Under the pieces are notes generated by a model. It searched no databases and was not told the origin of the DNA. It worked only from the letters and a program-made list of their open reading frames with translations. The position numbers and the translations under genes were made by a program. A stretch of 62,517 nt of DNA, filler included, from Squatina squatina (lineage: Eukaryota): the NCBI GenBank assembly GCA_031763465.1. It is 4 parts of 3 records of this genome, joined end to end, with 100 filler letters (N's around TTAATTAATTAA, not from the genome) between each part and the next. Parts side by side here need not be neighbours in the genome. Positions count along the whole stretch, not along the records: positions 34,333 to 49,789 come from JARFOE010000203.1; positions 49,890 to 62,517 come from JARFOE010000203.1; 2 more parts are not named here. One strand, 5' to 3'. How positions within the stretch are numbered: the first letter of the stretch is position 1; each line of letters opens with the position of its first letter. Of this stretch, positions 36,966 through 50,551 are shown in pieces.

Positions 36966-38463
36966 TTGGCTAATAGTTTATTCTTTAAACTTAAATTATG
37001 TTTTTTAAAAAACAGAAATTAAGCAAGGACACATACAGAATAGTGCAAGCTTATGTGCAATGACAGCAGCAAATGGCCAATCCTTAAAAACTGCACTCTG
37101 TCCTGACAACAGAGAATCTAGCCACAGTCTATAGCACACTCCAGCACAAACCTTCAGTTCCATTTCACCCAAGATCAGCCCATTTCCCACTCTTTCATGG
37201 TGCAGATTGCTCTCTGAAGCCCAGCAAACCAGCTGCTTAAAATATACCGTTAGCCTTTGAAATTCACTGACTCCCCACAAATTCCAGGTCGATACAAAAT
37301 AATGCATTAAAAAAGTCATAACCATCTCCAGATTGAATAATCCACAGGAGGGAATTGTTACCGCTAAAAGAATGGTTCTCTGTTTTATTAGCACATTAAT
37401 TAATGCTGTATGAGGCCTGAAGACAAAGGACACCTTTCTGGAAGGCAGGTACAGACCTTCACCAACCTCCGTTTTACATTTATACAGCCAACATCAAATT
37501 CACGTGCATTGATACATACAAAGCGAGTTCTGCCTTTATATACCTTCATACACTGAAAATACCATGGGATCTCTCACGGAAAGTTTACAGAGCAATAATC
37601 TAATTGAAAAATTCAGTTGATACATTGTACACGCTGAATTGAAAACATGTTCTCTAAGGTCTTGGTGCAAATCGGCCTTCACACAAGAGTATTAACAGTT
37701 TGTCATGGACTAACTGCAAGTTTACATAGATAATTAATGCACAATTATAATGAAGCCCTGACATTTGCAGGTTAGGATGCAAAGAATTAAAACCTGGGCA
37801 TCATCACAAATGAATAATCTAATCCCAGGAATTCAGACTGTAAATCTTCAATGACACACAATTCTCATCTGAACCCAAAGATTAGCGCTTTGGAATGATT
37901 CCAATTCATACATTATATTCCACATCATTTAACACAGGAGACATTCATGTTGCAAGATTAGAATTCCATCACCACTGCTCCAGTGCCATATAAAATACTC
38001 TGAGTAAGCACCGTGCTATTGTGAAGTTTAAATTAATAATTAAAGCTGTTAATGCCTGCGCCTGAGGTGACATGAAGTACCTCATTACTTTGAACAAACA
38101 ATTGCCTATTTGCAGGGAGGATGGGTAGCACCTAGACTGCACTGTACACTGAAATATTAATGATCCAGCGAGAAAAGGAGCCACTGTTCTATGTCGAATG
38201 ATTGTTTGAATTTAGGCATATCGCAGTTCTTCTTTCATTGTAAAACAGAATTTCCATTTACCGACATAGCCACTCGGCGCTAGTGATGGGAGATGTGCAT
38301 GTTGGGATCAAACCTGCTGTTGTAACATATATCCCTCTGACCAGAGAAGAAATATTTTACGGCCTAGACTCTTGAGGGCAGACAGAGACAGAAACATTTG
38401 GTTTGTGGAACATTTTTCATCAAGCAATATGACGATGTGTCAATGAAAAATATGAAAAATATG

Positions 38464-38900
38464 TCTCACCTCTGAGTCAGAAATTTGTGGGTTCAAGTCC
38501 CACTCCAAGGACGAGTAGCACACAAATCTAGGCTGACACTCCCAGTGCAATGCTGAAGGAGTGCTGCACTGTCAGACGTGCCATCTTTCGGGTGAGACGT
38601 TAAACTGAAGTCCCGTTTGCGCTCTCAGGTGTAAAAGATCCCATGGCGTTATTTCTAAGAAGATCAGAGGAGTTATCCCTGTTATCCTGGCCAATATTTA
38701 TCCCTCAACCAAACCTCCCTTAAAAAAAGATTGTCTGGTCATTATCACATTGCTGCTAGTGGGAGCTTTCTGTGCACAAATTGGCCACCGCATTTCCTAC
38801 ATTACAAAAGTTACAACATTTCTAAAGTATGGCTGTAAAGCACTCTGGGACGTCCTGTGGTTGTGAAAGGTGCTATATAAATGCAAGTCTTTCATTCTTT
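38464..38900 (+). mobile_element. Deu-type (SacSINE1-like) SINE, near full length
   Basis: B box gggttcaagtccc, central Deu-like body, tail aggtgctatataaatgcaagtctttc. Confidence 0.9.
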
Positions 38901-39029
38901 AATTCTTCTCCAATTAACACAGGTTATGGGTTCTCGTGTGACTGTAAAGTCCGAAACTTCGCAATGGAATGTTGTCCCACACACAAAACATGGGATGGTC
39001 AGATTGACCTGAGGACCAATCTTTCCTTG

Positions 39030-39300
39030 ATTTCCTTCAGGCTCTCTTTTCTTTGGCTAGCTGGATACGACTTGTTTCAGGCTGCTGAGCCATTTTTTGC
39101 CACTGTTTCCCGTCCCAAGCATCATGCTCCCATCTGTCAGCTGACGTGCCATGTTTTTTTAAATTGGTCTTTAGGCAATCCTTATACCGTTTGAACTGAC
39201 CATGACAAGAGCATTTACCAAGCCTCAACTCACCACAGAATGCCTTCTTGAGTAGTCTAGTATCAGGCAGTCAGACTGAGTGTCCAGTCCACCTCAGCTA
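39030..39300 (-). mobile_element. RTE-clade (BovB-like) LINE 3' fragment
   Basis: GKCSCHGQFKRYKDCLKTNLKKHGTSADRWEHDAWDGKQW resembles the RTE ORF C-terminus GKR--GGQ-KRYKD-LK--LK. Confidence 0.75.
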
Positions 39301-39365
39301 CTCCTTTATTATTATTGCCTTATGCCTGACATATTTGCTCTTCTGAGGACCTCAGTGTTCAGAAT

Positions 39366-39535
39366 CCCTCAACCAACATCTAAAAGAGATGATCCGGTTA
39401 TTTGGGAGCTGGCTGTGTGCAAATTGGTTGCCGCGTTTTCTACATTAATACAGTAGAAAGTATCTCATTGGTCGTAGAAAGCTTTGAGACATCCTAAAGC
39501 TGCAAAATGTGCTATATAAATGCAAGCCCTTCTTT
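39366..39535 (+). mobile_element. Deu-type SINE 3' fragment with internal deletions
   Basis: ccctcaaccaacatc...gctgtgtgcaaattggttgccgcg...gctatataaatgcaag. Confidence 0.75.
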
Positions 39536-42500
39536 TTTTTCATCCGAAACTTTCGGAACTTAGGTAAGTGGGGCAAGGCCCCAGGGGGGAGAATATCCAT
39601 TCTATATCAGGCAAATGCCCCAGCATTGACTAGGGCAGGTTGCATAGGTGTGGGGGGCGGGGGAGGTGCGGAGTTGCATGTTGTGAAGTTTTAACTCGAC
39701 AGTGCACGGCTTTTCTCCTTGACATGTTCCCCCGCCTGGAAGTCAGCCTGATTGACAGTCTTGGCTTCCAGTTGTGCGGGGAACACTTTGGAGCAGGTAG
39801 GTCCGATCCACAATCCCTCGGGTGGTCTGATCCCCAACCCCAGGGGGCTGTCCAATCCGGGGAGGGCTGAACCCTGACCCTCGGGGTCTTTGTATAGAGG
39901 GGTTTGATGGTGGGGGTTGGGTGGGCGGGTGGGGGGAGCTTGGGAGGCCGGGAGGAAGCATTCTTGTTCCTCCTGGACCACAAGCACTACTGTGAAGGCA
40001 CTTACCTTCTCCGCAAAACTGTCCGCACCTCCCTTGATCTGTCGTGTTTCCCGAGGCCTGGGAAAGTCGGCTGGCCAAGGTTAAACCTGCAAAGTAGGTT
40101 AAGTCAGAGGTGGCCAGCCTAATTAAAATATTTAAATTGCCAACCTGCCTCCTAGGAGCGGTCTGGCTGCCCGTCCCTTGTCCGGCCTCTGTTAAACCCT
40201 GAAGGGGTGGGTTGNNNNNNNNNNNNNNNNNNNNNNNNNNNNNNNNNNNNNNNNNNNNNNNNNNNNNNNNNNNNNNNNNNNNNNNNNNNNNNNNNNNNNN
40301 NNNNNNNNNNNNNNAATCTATGATTAAAAATTAACAATTGATCTGGCATCAATTACAGTTTGCGGAAGAGAGTTCCAAACTTCTGCCACCCTTTGTGTGT
40401 AGAAATGTTTCCTTATTTCACTCCTGAGATGTCTGGCTCTAAAACCCACTAGTCCCAATCTTAGACTTTATGGCAATTAGAATAAATTAATTTAAAATTA
40501 AAATCATCACAAAAAGCATAAATTCACCTTTTCAGCTGTATTGTTTATGGTTAAAAAGCTGATTTAAGCAAACTGTGCTAATGTAATGAGTATATAATGA
40601 GTGTTTAACGACAATTGGACAGGCCTAATGATGCATGTTTGTTATTATTATGCACAATATAATGACGTGAAATTATGGGTATTCTTTGCTGTTACCCATT
40701 ACTACAGTTTTACCTTGTCTTTATTTAGTGTCTCAGAGTATTCATTTATAATAATGCTAATATGCAGGTCTACCATTTGTTGATGACCCTATTCATTTGA
40801 GGACTAAACAATTAGAATATTTATTCCTCCGTGAACAGCCCCATTAATTGTTACCTACTGTATCCTGTTCTGTCGAGAAATTCACTGCCGCTTCTATATC
40901 AGTTAACAGGGCTGTCGAGAGGCCTCAAGCAGCAGACATTTTGAGTCCTCTTCAAATTACAGTATTTTTATAGGGAACTGTCAAAGCTTTCAGGGTGTCA
41001 TTACATGACTTGAGGCCTGAGCCCTTTATTGATGTGTAAAAAGCCAAGATTGGATTAGAAGTTTGAAATCACTTGAGGATATTTTTCGTATAATATATAA
41101 TGTTCATTTTATGGGTGGTTTTATTCAGTTTCATCTGGTGTTTTTTTTGTGCTACTGAATCTATCAGTGTGGGAGTTGGTTATTTAGGGCCCTAGGCCCA
41201 TTGCCGGCACAGAGAGACAGATCAACAAAGAGAGAGATGCACAAATAAAGNNNNNNNNNNNNNNNNNNNNNNNNNNNNNNNNNNNNNNNNNNNNNNNNNN
41301 NNNNNNNNNNNNNNNNNNNNNNNNNNNNNNNNNNNNNNNNNNNNNNNNNNGCACACACACAACCCAACAATCATTCACCAGCCACAAAACTGCAGGGCAA
41401 AAATCATTTATCAATGGATGATTTCAAAAATAATTAAAACTTTGGATTTATGCTGTCTCTAAATCATCTGAGACACTTAATATTCTGCTTAATGCATCAG
41501 ACTAATACTATAATAGCATAAATATAAAATATTACGGCTATGGTATCAGCTTACATGCAATAACTGAGTCCGATCTGCCTTATGAAATATGTAAATTATC
41601 TTTCAGATCGTAGCAAACCTGACTGTTGTATCATTTCATATTTGTTACTTAAATCACGAGAGAAGAGACATCTAGCTACTTGGTCGGTCAATCAAATTTG
41701 CCTAACCTGTAGCCTGAGTTAATCAAACACCGCATCAGGGGCCATGATAGTTCCTGTGATGCTGAGATTGGATGGAAGGGGATGGTAGCTGGAGGACAAT
41801 AGGCCAAGATTGAATAATTGAAATAAGAAGATGCGTGAATATTTTGGATTTTGTATGATAATCCTTGGGGATCAGGGAATATATATGCAGAATTTCCCTC
41901 AGGAGATTAAATGGTTGGGGTAGAGTCTATAATAGGGTAGATTACACATAGCCTCTGGAAGGAACAAGTTTATTGGGCTCATTCTCTGCTTTCTATTTTA
42001 TGAATGTTGCTCTTGCACCTGTTTTCTGATTGCCACAAAGTAAACTAAGTACCTCATTTAAATGTTTCCAAGCACAAACTCTTTAAAATTGAAAAATGTT
42101 ACATTACTGCCTAATGCCTCTGTCCTCTTGCAAAATATAACTCTTCCAATAAAACTAGCTTATTAAGTATCCTGTTGAATTAATGTTTCACTGATTCACA
42201 CTTCATTAAGAAGTGATTATGCATGTGAATTATATCAAATTGCATGGAGTGGAGACCCAATTCAGACTGGCTGCTTTAATGAACAGCTTTTCACTTAACA
42301 ATTAAATTATGGCCCCAATCTTGACTGTGGCAGGTTTTCCAAGAGCANNNNNNNNNNNNNNNNNNNNNNNNNNNNNNNNNNNNNNNNNNNNNNNNNNNNN
42401 NNNNNNNNNNNNNNNNNNNNNNNNNNNNNNNNNNNNNNNNNNNNNNNAAGCGTAGCACTTTGAGATAACATTGAAATGTATAAATGTGGAAATATATCGC

Positions 42501-43339
42501 AAAGCAATACATTAGTGCATAAAAGATAACTCTAAATGTACATCGAATTGACAGTAATGAAAAAAAAGAGGCAGAGCATCCCCACTGTGTACCATAAGCA
42601 GAAACATTTTAATCAATTCTTTTAATAAAGTGCTGCTGGTGTAGCATCTATTTAGATTGTGACATTTTTGCAGCAGTTTTCCAAAATGATAGATTTTTTT
42701 GATATACAGACAATTCTGCTCCAAGCGCTTTCTGGTACATGATGTCATTTCATTCTCACTGAGAATATTAGCAGCAGACATCTGAATGACATGAATAATG
42801 GGTGTAGACGGAAGATCCTGGGAGCGGGTGGTGCTTGGCCCATCGATCATAGAGATACAGGGTCAACCGGCTGGTAAAATACCAATGAGAGCCGGGTAAT
42901 GTTTAGCATTAAAATGTGCATCCTTCCCAGCTTTATTGAATCTCTTGCTTCCATTAACAGAACTAAATGTTTTGTTNNNNNNNNNNNNNNNNNNNNNNNN
43001 NNNNNNNNNNNNNNNNNNNNNNNNNNNNNNNNNNNNNNNNNNNNNNNNNNNNNNNNNNNNNNNNNNNNNNNNNNNNTGATGTGTGGTCACTGTTGTAACG
43101 CTAGACCACCCCAGAGAGGATGGAAATATAAGCATTGGAAGGAACACAGCATTGACTCACCAGGGTGTTACCAAGGATGAGAATTTACAGTTATGAACAG
43201 CGATTCAACAAGTATGGGCTTTATTTTTTATTAGCGTTGAGAGAGTGACCAGATTGAAATCTTCAACATTATTCTTTTTTAAAAAGCACGATAAGATGAA
43301 TATCTGGATAGTTTTATCCAGAAAACAGTCATACCCCAG

Positions 43340-43875
43340 GAGGAAAGCACAGATTCAGGAAAGGGAAGGTGTGACTGTTCGGGAGCTGGGTAGCAAGGAC
43401 TTAGGAGAGGTCGAAAAGGAGGTCACGCAGACAATGGTCCTGTCCAACAAGTACGATGTACTCGCAACCTGTGAAGTCAAGGAGAAAGACTGAGGGGAGG
43501 GCAGCCACAATGCAGACCAAGGCACCGTGGCTCAGACTGTTCAAGGTGGAGCCGGAGAGCAGATTGGAAGTGTGATAGTGATCGGGGATTCTATAATTAG
43601 GTGGCTAGATAGCGCCCTCTGCAGCCACGTACGAGAATCCCAAAGGGTGTGTTGCCTATCCGGAGCCAGGGTAAGGGATATCTCTAGGTGGCTGGAGAGG
43701 AATTTGGAAAAGGAGGGATAAATCCAGTTGTCGTGGTCCATGTCAGAACAAATAACATAGCAAGGAACAGGGAGGAGGTCCTGCTGAGGGAGTATCAGGA
43801 GTTTATAAAGAAATTAAAAAGCAGATCTCGAGGGTAATAATCTCTGGATTATTGCCCGAGCCATGTGCAAATTGG
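43340..43875 (+). mobile_element. CR1 ORF1 (SGNH/GDSL esterase) fragment, pseudogenised
   Basis: VIVIGDSIIR...RVCCLSGARVRDIS...*NPVVVVHVRTNNI...VIISGLLPEP, with an in-frame stop. Confidence 0.88.
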
Positions 43876-43975
43876 NNNNNNNNNNNNNNNNNNNNNNNNN
43901 NNNNNNNNNNNNNNNNNNNNNNNNNNNNNNNNNNNNNNNNNNNNNNNNNNNNNNNNNNNNNNNNNNNNNNNNNNN

Positions 43976-44080
43976 CATCAGAATTTTGGATGAGTTTAAG
44001 TTTACGGAGGGTGCAAGGTGGAGGCCAGCCAGGAGAGATTTGGAATAGTCGAGTCTAGAAGTAACAAAGGCATGGATTGT
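43976..44080 (-). mobile_element. L2 ORF2 fragment
   Basis: IHAFVTSRLDYSKSLLAGL. Confidence 0.85.
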
Positions 44081-45874
44081 CACCTAATTGTTATCATGTT
44101 AGTGAGTATATAAAGCTAAAGAGAAACCATGTTATATTGGAGTGCCGTTGCACTTCTCTTTCCTTATACCTACAGTGACTTGAAGTATGAAAGATTCTTT
44201 ATACGTACAAAATTATTTTTATGGTTTGTCATTTCAGCTGCAAAAGTAATGCAAATGAATTGATATGTAAAACCTTTTCTTAGTCTTGTAATTGAAGTTC
44301 AGTTTCTGGATTTTTAGGAGACAGGACACATATAAATGGAGTCACAGAAAGATACGGTATTTCCTGATAAAATAAAAGGTGCTTCATAATTTTAACCTGG
44401 TTTGCTGTTCATCGCCCCTTGTTGATATTCTCAGTGTACTGCACAGACAGAGGTCTTCTGTCTAGAGCACTACTTGAACATAGTATGGCCGAACTTGGTT
44501 TGAAATGTGTAAAAACAAATAGAAATTTTGGCCATGTTCTTTATAAATTGCAAATTACTGAAACTGTGTGGAAGGTATTCACTATTTTGATTGCTAGTTT
44601 TAAGCAGTTCTCAGGGACAGAATGTTACTGAGTGCCCTTTGACTACCTTGCATTCCAACGGTCTGCAAAAGCCTAATAGGCAAATAGAGGTACTGTTACA
44701 GAAGCCTCAATGTGGTAGGAAGCAGGCCTGGCCAGAGGAAACACAATGCTGTTTTTTGTAAAACTGTGAATATAAACTACTCACTCCTCCTAGATTTCTG
44801 CTTCAGACTTTTGGAAAAATTTCAAGGAGCTTGCCATGGTACATTTACATTTTTATAACTAAAAGTTTGATTGAGGTTAAATGTATCGTCCTGTTATCTT
44901 CACTGTGTTGTTTAATATGTCTGGGCTATTTTTTATGTCATCACAGAACCTGAAGGTACAGTAAGTATTAANNNNNNNNNNNNNNNNNNNNNNNNNNNNN
45001 NNNNNNNNNNNNNNNNNNNNNNNNNNNNNNNNNNNNNNNNNNNNNNNNNNNNNNNNNNNNNNNNNNNNNNNCTTGGGACTTAGTTGTTTTTAGCCTGGTT
45101 AAAACTTCCGTCTCAGTTTTAACAGTTGTTGAATTTATTTGGGATATCTTAGGAGAAGGAAAGTTGCTCATGCACTCCCTTGTGACTACTTGGAGGAAAT
45201 ATTTGTTCAGTATATTTACTGTATATTGCTCATTCTTGGGCCTTCATTTTTAAAGGGAGTAGTAAGGATGCACAGTAGTGGGCAGCGAACCCAGGAAGGT
45301 CGGGGACGTGATCGGCAGGGCCTCATTTGAATAAACTTTTCCATAGTCATGCCCGACCAGACTTATTACCTGGCCAGTGGGTGGGAGTGGGAATACTAGC
45401 ATAACCTAGTGGAAACTCAACCCATGAAGTATAAAGTAAGACATTTTCAATGCATAATTATTTCAGTTTTTCAATTTTCCAAACCCTCCAAGAAAACACA
45501 TGAGGAAGTTAGTACTCCCATTGACATTTTTTCCCATTTTATTTTCTGATCTAGTACTTTTCACATTTTCTGACTCCATTTATATGTTACCTGGTAGTGG
45601 ACTTCATCGTCTATTGCATAGAATTACTTGGCATCTATGTTGAACTTCCAAATTATGTACACGCCAAGCATTATGTTCAAAATGTGGTAAGTATCATTTA
45701 CTGTCTGGGTCTTGGGTTTCACATTTGAAGGGGAATGTTTTTTTTAAACTAATTCTCAATTTTTCTTTGTCGTTGTGTTCTTGGTTGAATAGGATCAGAT
45801 TGCTGTGAATGGTGGTTCCCTCACCTTAGGTACTGTTTTCCTTCCCCCCCCCCCCCACCCTCCTTTGGAAATCT

Positions 45875-46234
45875 GATATCACCTCCTCAAAAAAAAAAAC
45901 TGCCATCCCATACCCATGTGCTGTCGCCTCCCAATTCTGTGCCCATCTTTACTGCAACTCTATGTTTGGACCTCTCCAATCAGGTTTCTGCCCTTGCCAC
46001 AATACTGAAACAGCCCTAGTCAAAGTCACAAATGGCATGAGTGTGAGCATGATGCACTATCACTCCTCATCCTTCTCAACCTCTGCAGCCTTTGGCACAT
46101 CCTCCTGCAACCCTTCTCCTTTGTTGTGCAACTGGTGGGAATGACCTTACATGATTCCACTCTTAAGTATCCATTTGTAGACAGAGAATCTCCGGCAACG
46201 GCTCCTCTTCCTACCCCACACCATTAAACGTCTG
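45875..46234 (+). mobile_element. L2 reverse transcriptase fragment (degenerate)
   Basis: PLQSGFCPCHNTETALVKVTN. Confidence 0.8.
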
Positions 46235-46857
46235 NNNNNNNNNNNNNNNNNNNNNNNNNNNNNNNNNNNNNNNNNNNNNNNNNNNNNNNNNNNNNNNNNN
46301 NNNNNNNNNNNNNNNNNNNNNNNNNNNNNNNNNNCAGGGGGTATGGGGAAAAAGCAGGTACAGGGTATTGAGTTGGATGATCAGCCATGATCAGAATCTA
46401 TAATATTCACATCTTTTTCTTATCAAGCCAAACCAATTGAACATGCTGATCATATGAATCCCCGCTAAAGATATGTAGCCGTGTTCAGCCACTAGCTTAC
46501 AGCAGCAGAAACAGGAGCCCCGCAGCAACATGGAGGGGGCTGGGGGATGAAGGGGAGTAAGCACCTTGCTTACTTTTATTTGTGAAAGAGTCTCTCGTAT
46601 TTGAAGATTGATTTTGTGCATCTTTCACATATATCAAAAGTACAGTTTAATGTGCCTATTTTTGCTTTAACTTTCATAGCTATGTCCTATTATCTATGCT
46701 TTCTGTGTTCATGTTTTCCAAAGAATGTTTTACAATCACACAATTAGTTTTTTTTCTACCAATTCTTCAATAGCTTTTGGAAAACTTCACAAACACAATT
46801 TCTACAAAATAACATGTTTTTACTGTTTTTAGCGAAGGAGTTTGTTTCACACATTAG

Positions 46858-46950
46858 AATGCAGAAAAATAAAAATATGAAGTTGGAAGTATACAGCAGG
46901 TCAGTCAGCATTTGTGAAGATAACAGGTTACCGCTGACACAGTGTTGGAC
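46858..46950. mobile_element. Penelope-like element terminal remnant
   Basis: ttggaagtatacagcaggtcagtcagcatttgtgaagataacaggtta resembles a common shark Penelope-type end as recalled. Confidence 0.4.
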
Positions 46951-47524
46951 TTCCAAATGACTCAGTAAGAATAAAGTGGCTTTTTACTATGATAAAGAAA
47001 AAGCATAAAATAGTTTTACGACAAGAGAAACACAGCTAAGACCATTGGAAACAGCTGCCCCTTGTACTTTATCCAATGGTTGAGCAATTGTGCACCATTA
47101 TGGTGGCTAAAGCAAATGTGACATTTTTATTTATCAGAACACCACTAGTGGTGTCTAGGGTGTCCCTCTCCCTTCCACACTACAGGAATATAATGTTTAA
47201 AGAGTATGCTGGAAAAATGCCTTAAATCTGCATTGTTGCAGCAAAACAAAGAACATTGAATTGCCTTTTTTGTCACTCATGAGTTCCAATCCCTTGTAAT
47301 TAAGCTGTTTCTTTTTACCTGCTAGTTCCCGGATATTGTGTGAACTGAACCTACCATTTTAAAGGTATGGTTGATTTAGGGTAGCTTGCAATATTAAATT
47401 GAAATGTATATTGTATTTTATCATACAATAGCATTAGCTACAAAACACAGCTAACAAATACATCAAAAATATCAAACATATTGTGCTCATGACTCATGTA
47501 AAACCATGTTATTTTATTTGTTCT

Positions 47525-47875
47525 TGGGTTGTGGACGATGGAAGTAAGGCTGCATCCCGAGCTGCCCTGTGAAGGTGATGGTGGGCCTGCTCCTGGAACC
47601 GTTGTAGTCCTCTTGGTGCAAGAGCTCCCACTATGGTGTTTGATAGGGTATTTCAGGATACTGACTCAGCAACTATGTCCAAGTCTATGGCATGTGATTT
47701 GGTGGGAGAACTTGGAGATGATGTTGTTCCCATGACATTGTTGCTCTTGTTCTTCTCGGTGGTAGAGGTTGCAAGGAAGGAAGTTAATTTTAAGGTAAGC
47801 TTGGTGAGTTGCTGCAGTGCTTCCAGTAGATACTGCAGCCTCAGTGGTGGTGGAAGGGATGGATATTGAGTCCAG
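47525..47875 (-). mobile_element. Non-LTR retrotransposon 3' end (degenerate)
   Basis: Minus strand ends LSNTIVGALAPRGLQRFQEQAHHHL; the tail resembles the 3' end of the SINE at 5952-6402. Confidence 0.7.
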
Positions 47876-48439
47876 GGGGGACTAATCAAGCAAACTGTGA
47901 AATGTGACTTCATTATATAGCTGAAAAGTAATTGCCCCCAAAATTAGTAACCCGCCAAAGAAAATGGGAATAAGTACTAAATGTATTTGACAGATATGGT
48001 ACGAATAGAGTTATGCTGGGACTAGTGGTTTAGATTGGTGATCCCAATCCTTTGCACATATAGTATTTGAAAGTTATCTGTGCAATGCCACTCAGTACTC
48101 TTCCTTGATGCATAGCCTTCAGAGAATTTTGAAGCCTTCAAAATATCTTCTTTCTCCTCCTTAATTCATTTTATTCTATGCTTGCTCTTTAACTTTCCTA
48201 CCTTTTTTTTATTGACATAATTTCCTTTATTTCTGAACCACTTTTGCCCATGTATCTCTGGCTGTCATTGGCACTTCCTTTTATCACCAATATTTCCAAT
48301 CATCTGTAGCATTTCTCTTTCTCTGGCTCTTTTTCTGTTTGTCTGTATTATTCATTTCTTTACACCCTTCTCTACTTTTGTTTTCACTTTTCTTTTGCCT
48401 TCTTTCACTTCCTCCTCTGTTTCTTTCCCTCTCCTACAG

Positions 48440-48654
48440 GTCTGTGCCGGACGAAGCCAACCGACCTGGTCTTTATTATTGACAGTTCTCGGAGTGTTCG
48501 CCCTTCTGAATTTGAACAGGTGAAAGTGTTTGTGTCCCAGGTAATTGAATCCCTTGACATCGGTCCAAATGCCACCCGAGTTGGGGTGGTTAACTATGCC
48601 AGTACCGTCCAAAACGAATTCACTCTCAAGGCGCACCGCAACAAGGCAAGCGTC
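48440..48654 (+). CDS. MATN1: Matrilin-1 exon 2 (first VWA domain), cut by a gap
   Basis: ctcctacag|[66 protein letters not shown] with the MIDAS DxSxS motif. Confidence 0.92.
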
Positions 48655-49402
48655 NNNNNNNNNNNNNNNNNNNNNNNNNNNNNNNNNNNNNNNNNNNNNN
48701 NNNNNNNNNNNNNNNNNNNNNNNNNNNNNNNNNNNNNNNNNNNNNNNNNNNNNNGAACATTGGTTTAAAACCATGTCCATTAAGGCAAGTATATTTATTT
48801 ACAAGATTTTTGAAAATTTTCAATAATTTTTTTGTACGTTATTTAATTTTATGAAAATTTTAATGTTTGAGTAGTTTTTAAAATGTATTTTTGTGATTGG
48901 GGGGTACTATAAACTGCACATTCATACTTCTACAAACCTCCGTAATGTCAGAGATCTGCAGAAGTATGAATGGGAGATACTCCTACCTGATTGGTTAGGG
49001 CCTCCTATGTGATCCCACTAGTGTATGTGACCCGCAAACGCTGGAGATATCCCTGGGCCGCTCCTCCTACCTTCCTGTGGAGGCCCAGGAACATAAGGCT
49101 GCGAATCTACTGGACCACCAGGTACATTCGTAAAAATTTTACCGGTCGGAATTTCTGCCCCACGTGTTACAACCAACGTATCTAGTGAAAAGCACAACAG
49201 TGGAAGGAATGGGACCTGCATTATGTAGGTCTAGATCTAAGTAACATTCACTAACCAACACATTCACAATTTCACTGCACATAGTGCACAGAGAACATTC
49301 CAGTAAATGTCCTTACCGTGACCCGCAGCTGCAGCTAGTGATTTATGGGAAGGCTGGAATATGTTGGTATTTTTCCCTCACGTGCTTTGTTTTTGCTTTC
49401 AG

Positions 49403-49489
49403 CTGCACCCAAAGACCTATGTGCCTGCGAGTCGCTTGTGGAGTTCCAGACAAGGGTCGAGAAAATAATTAAAACACTGACATCAAAAC
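49403..49489 (+). CDS. MATN1: Matrilin-1 penultimate exon (start of coiled coil)
   Basis: gctttcag|APKDLCACESLVEFQTRVEKIIKTLTSK|atatcctt, compare human DPCACESLVKFQAKVEGLLQALTRK. Confidence 0.88.
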
Positions 49490-49498
49490 ATATCCTTT
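49490..49498 (+). promoter_or_regulatory. U12-type (AT-AC) 5' splice site
   Basis: ATATCCTTT immediately after the coiled-coil exon. Confidence 0.9.
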
Positions 49499-49649
49499 TA
49501 ATCCCATGTGCGGTTCACCATAAAAATATACTAATATAGAATCATCCACAGTTTAGTTTAACAACTTAAGGGAGTGTAGACTATATATAAGCTTCAGTTC
49601 TGAATGTTTACTGTAATTCAGATATTGCTGTTTGTGGTCGACCCATACA

Positions 49650-49789
49650 AATAACCAGCTCTCAATCCATGCCAATATATTACCCCCAATCCCATGTGCT
49701 TTAATTTTGCATACTAACCTCTTATGTGGGACCTTATCAAAAGCCTTCTGAAAATCCAAATACACCACATCCACTGGTTCTCCCTTATC
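49650..49789 (-). mobile_element. CR1 reverse transcriptase fragment
   Basis: DVVYLDFQKAFDKVPHKRLVCKIKAHGIGGNILAWIESWL. Confidence 0.92.
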
Positions 49790-49833
49790 NNNNNNNNNNN
49801 NNNNNNNNNNNNNNNNNNNNNNNNNNNNNNNNN

Positions 49834-49845
49834 TTAATTAATTAA
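49834..49845. other. Artificial scaffold-concatenation linker
   Basis: TTAATTAATTAA within a 100-nt gap. Confidence 0.95.
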
Positions 49846-50551
49846 NNNNNNNNNNNNNNNNNNNNNNNNNNNNNNNNNNNNNNNNNNNNCTGTTTAGAAG
49901 CTTCATCCATTATATACTATAATCATTTTTTTGGGGTGGAGGTGAGAAAGAGGAGGACATAGATACAGGGAAAGTACAGTTCTGGTACAGATGGCAATTA
50001 CATATTTTAATTTCTCAAGCAAACCAATGATTCTGCATTTACATATTGCCATGTCCCATCAAAACAAGCCAAAGTATACAAATGAATTACTATTGAAGTC
50101 AGTAACAGTTACATTCTAGGAAAATTTGCCATTCATTGCCCACAACGACATTCCACAGAAAGCAAGATGAATTATCTAGCTAACATGTACTTCTGTGGTG
50201 CTGCTGGAGGGATAAAAGTCAGCCAGGACACTGGGAGAAGTCCCTGCCCATCTATGATAAGTGTTAGGGAATCTTCAACATCCACTGAAACCATCAGAAC
50301 AATCAAGAAGAGAACCTTGTTTCAACAGCTCATCCAATGGATGGCACCTTCAATAGTGCAGGACTCATTAGCTGGAGGGTCAGCCTGGATTACAAGCTCA
50401 AATCTAGGAATGGAATTTAAATCGACCAACTTCTTAACCAAAGCAAGAATTTTACCAATTCAGCCAAGCTGACAAAAGTAGATTACAGCAATACTTTTGA
50501 GTTGTTCCCCCATCTCATCTCAAAAGTTTTGGTTAAACAATACACACTCAC

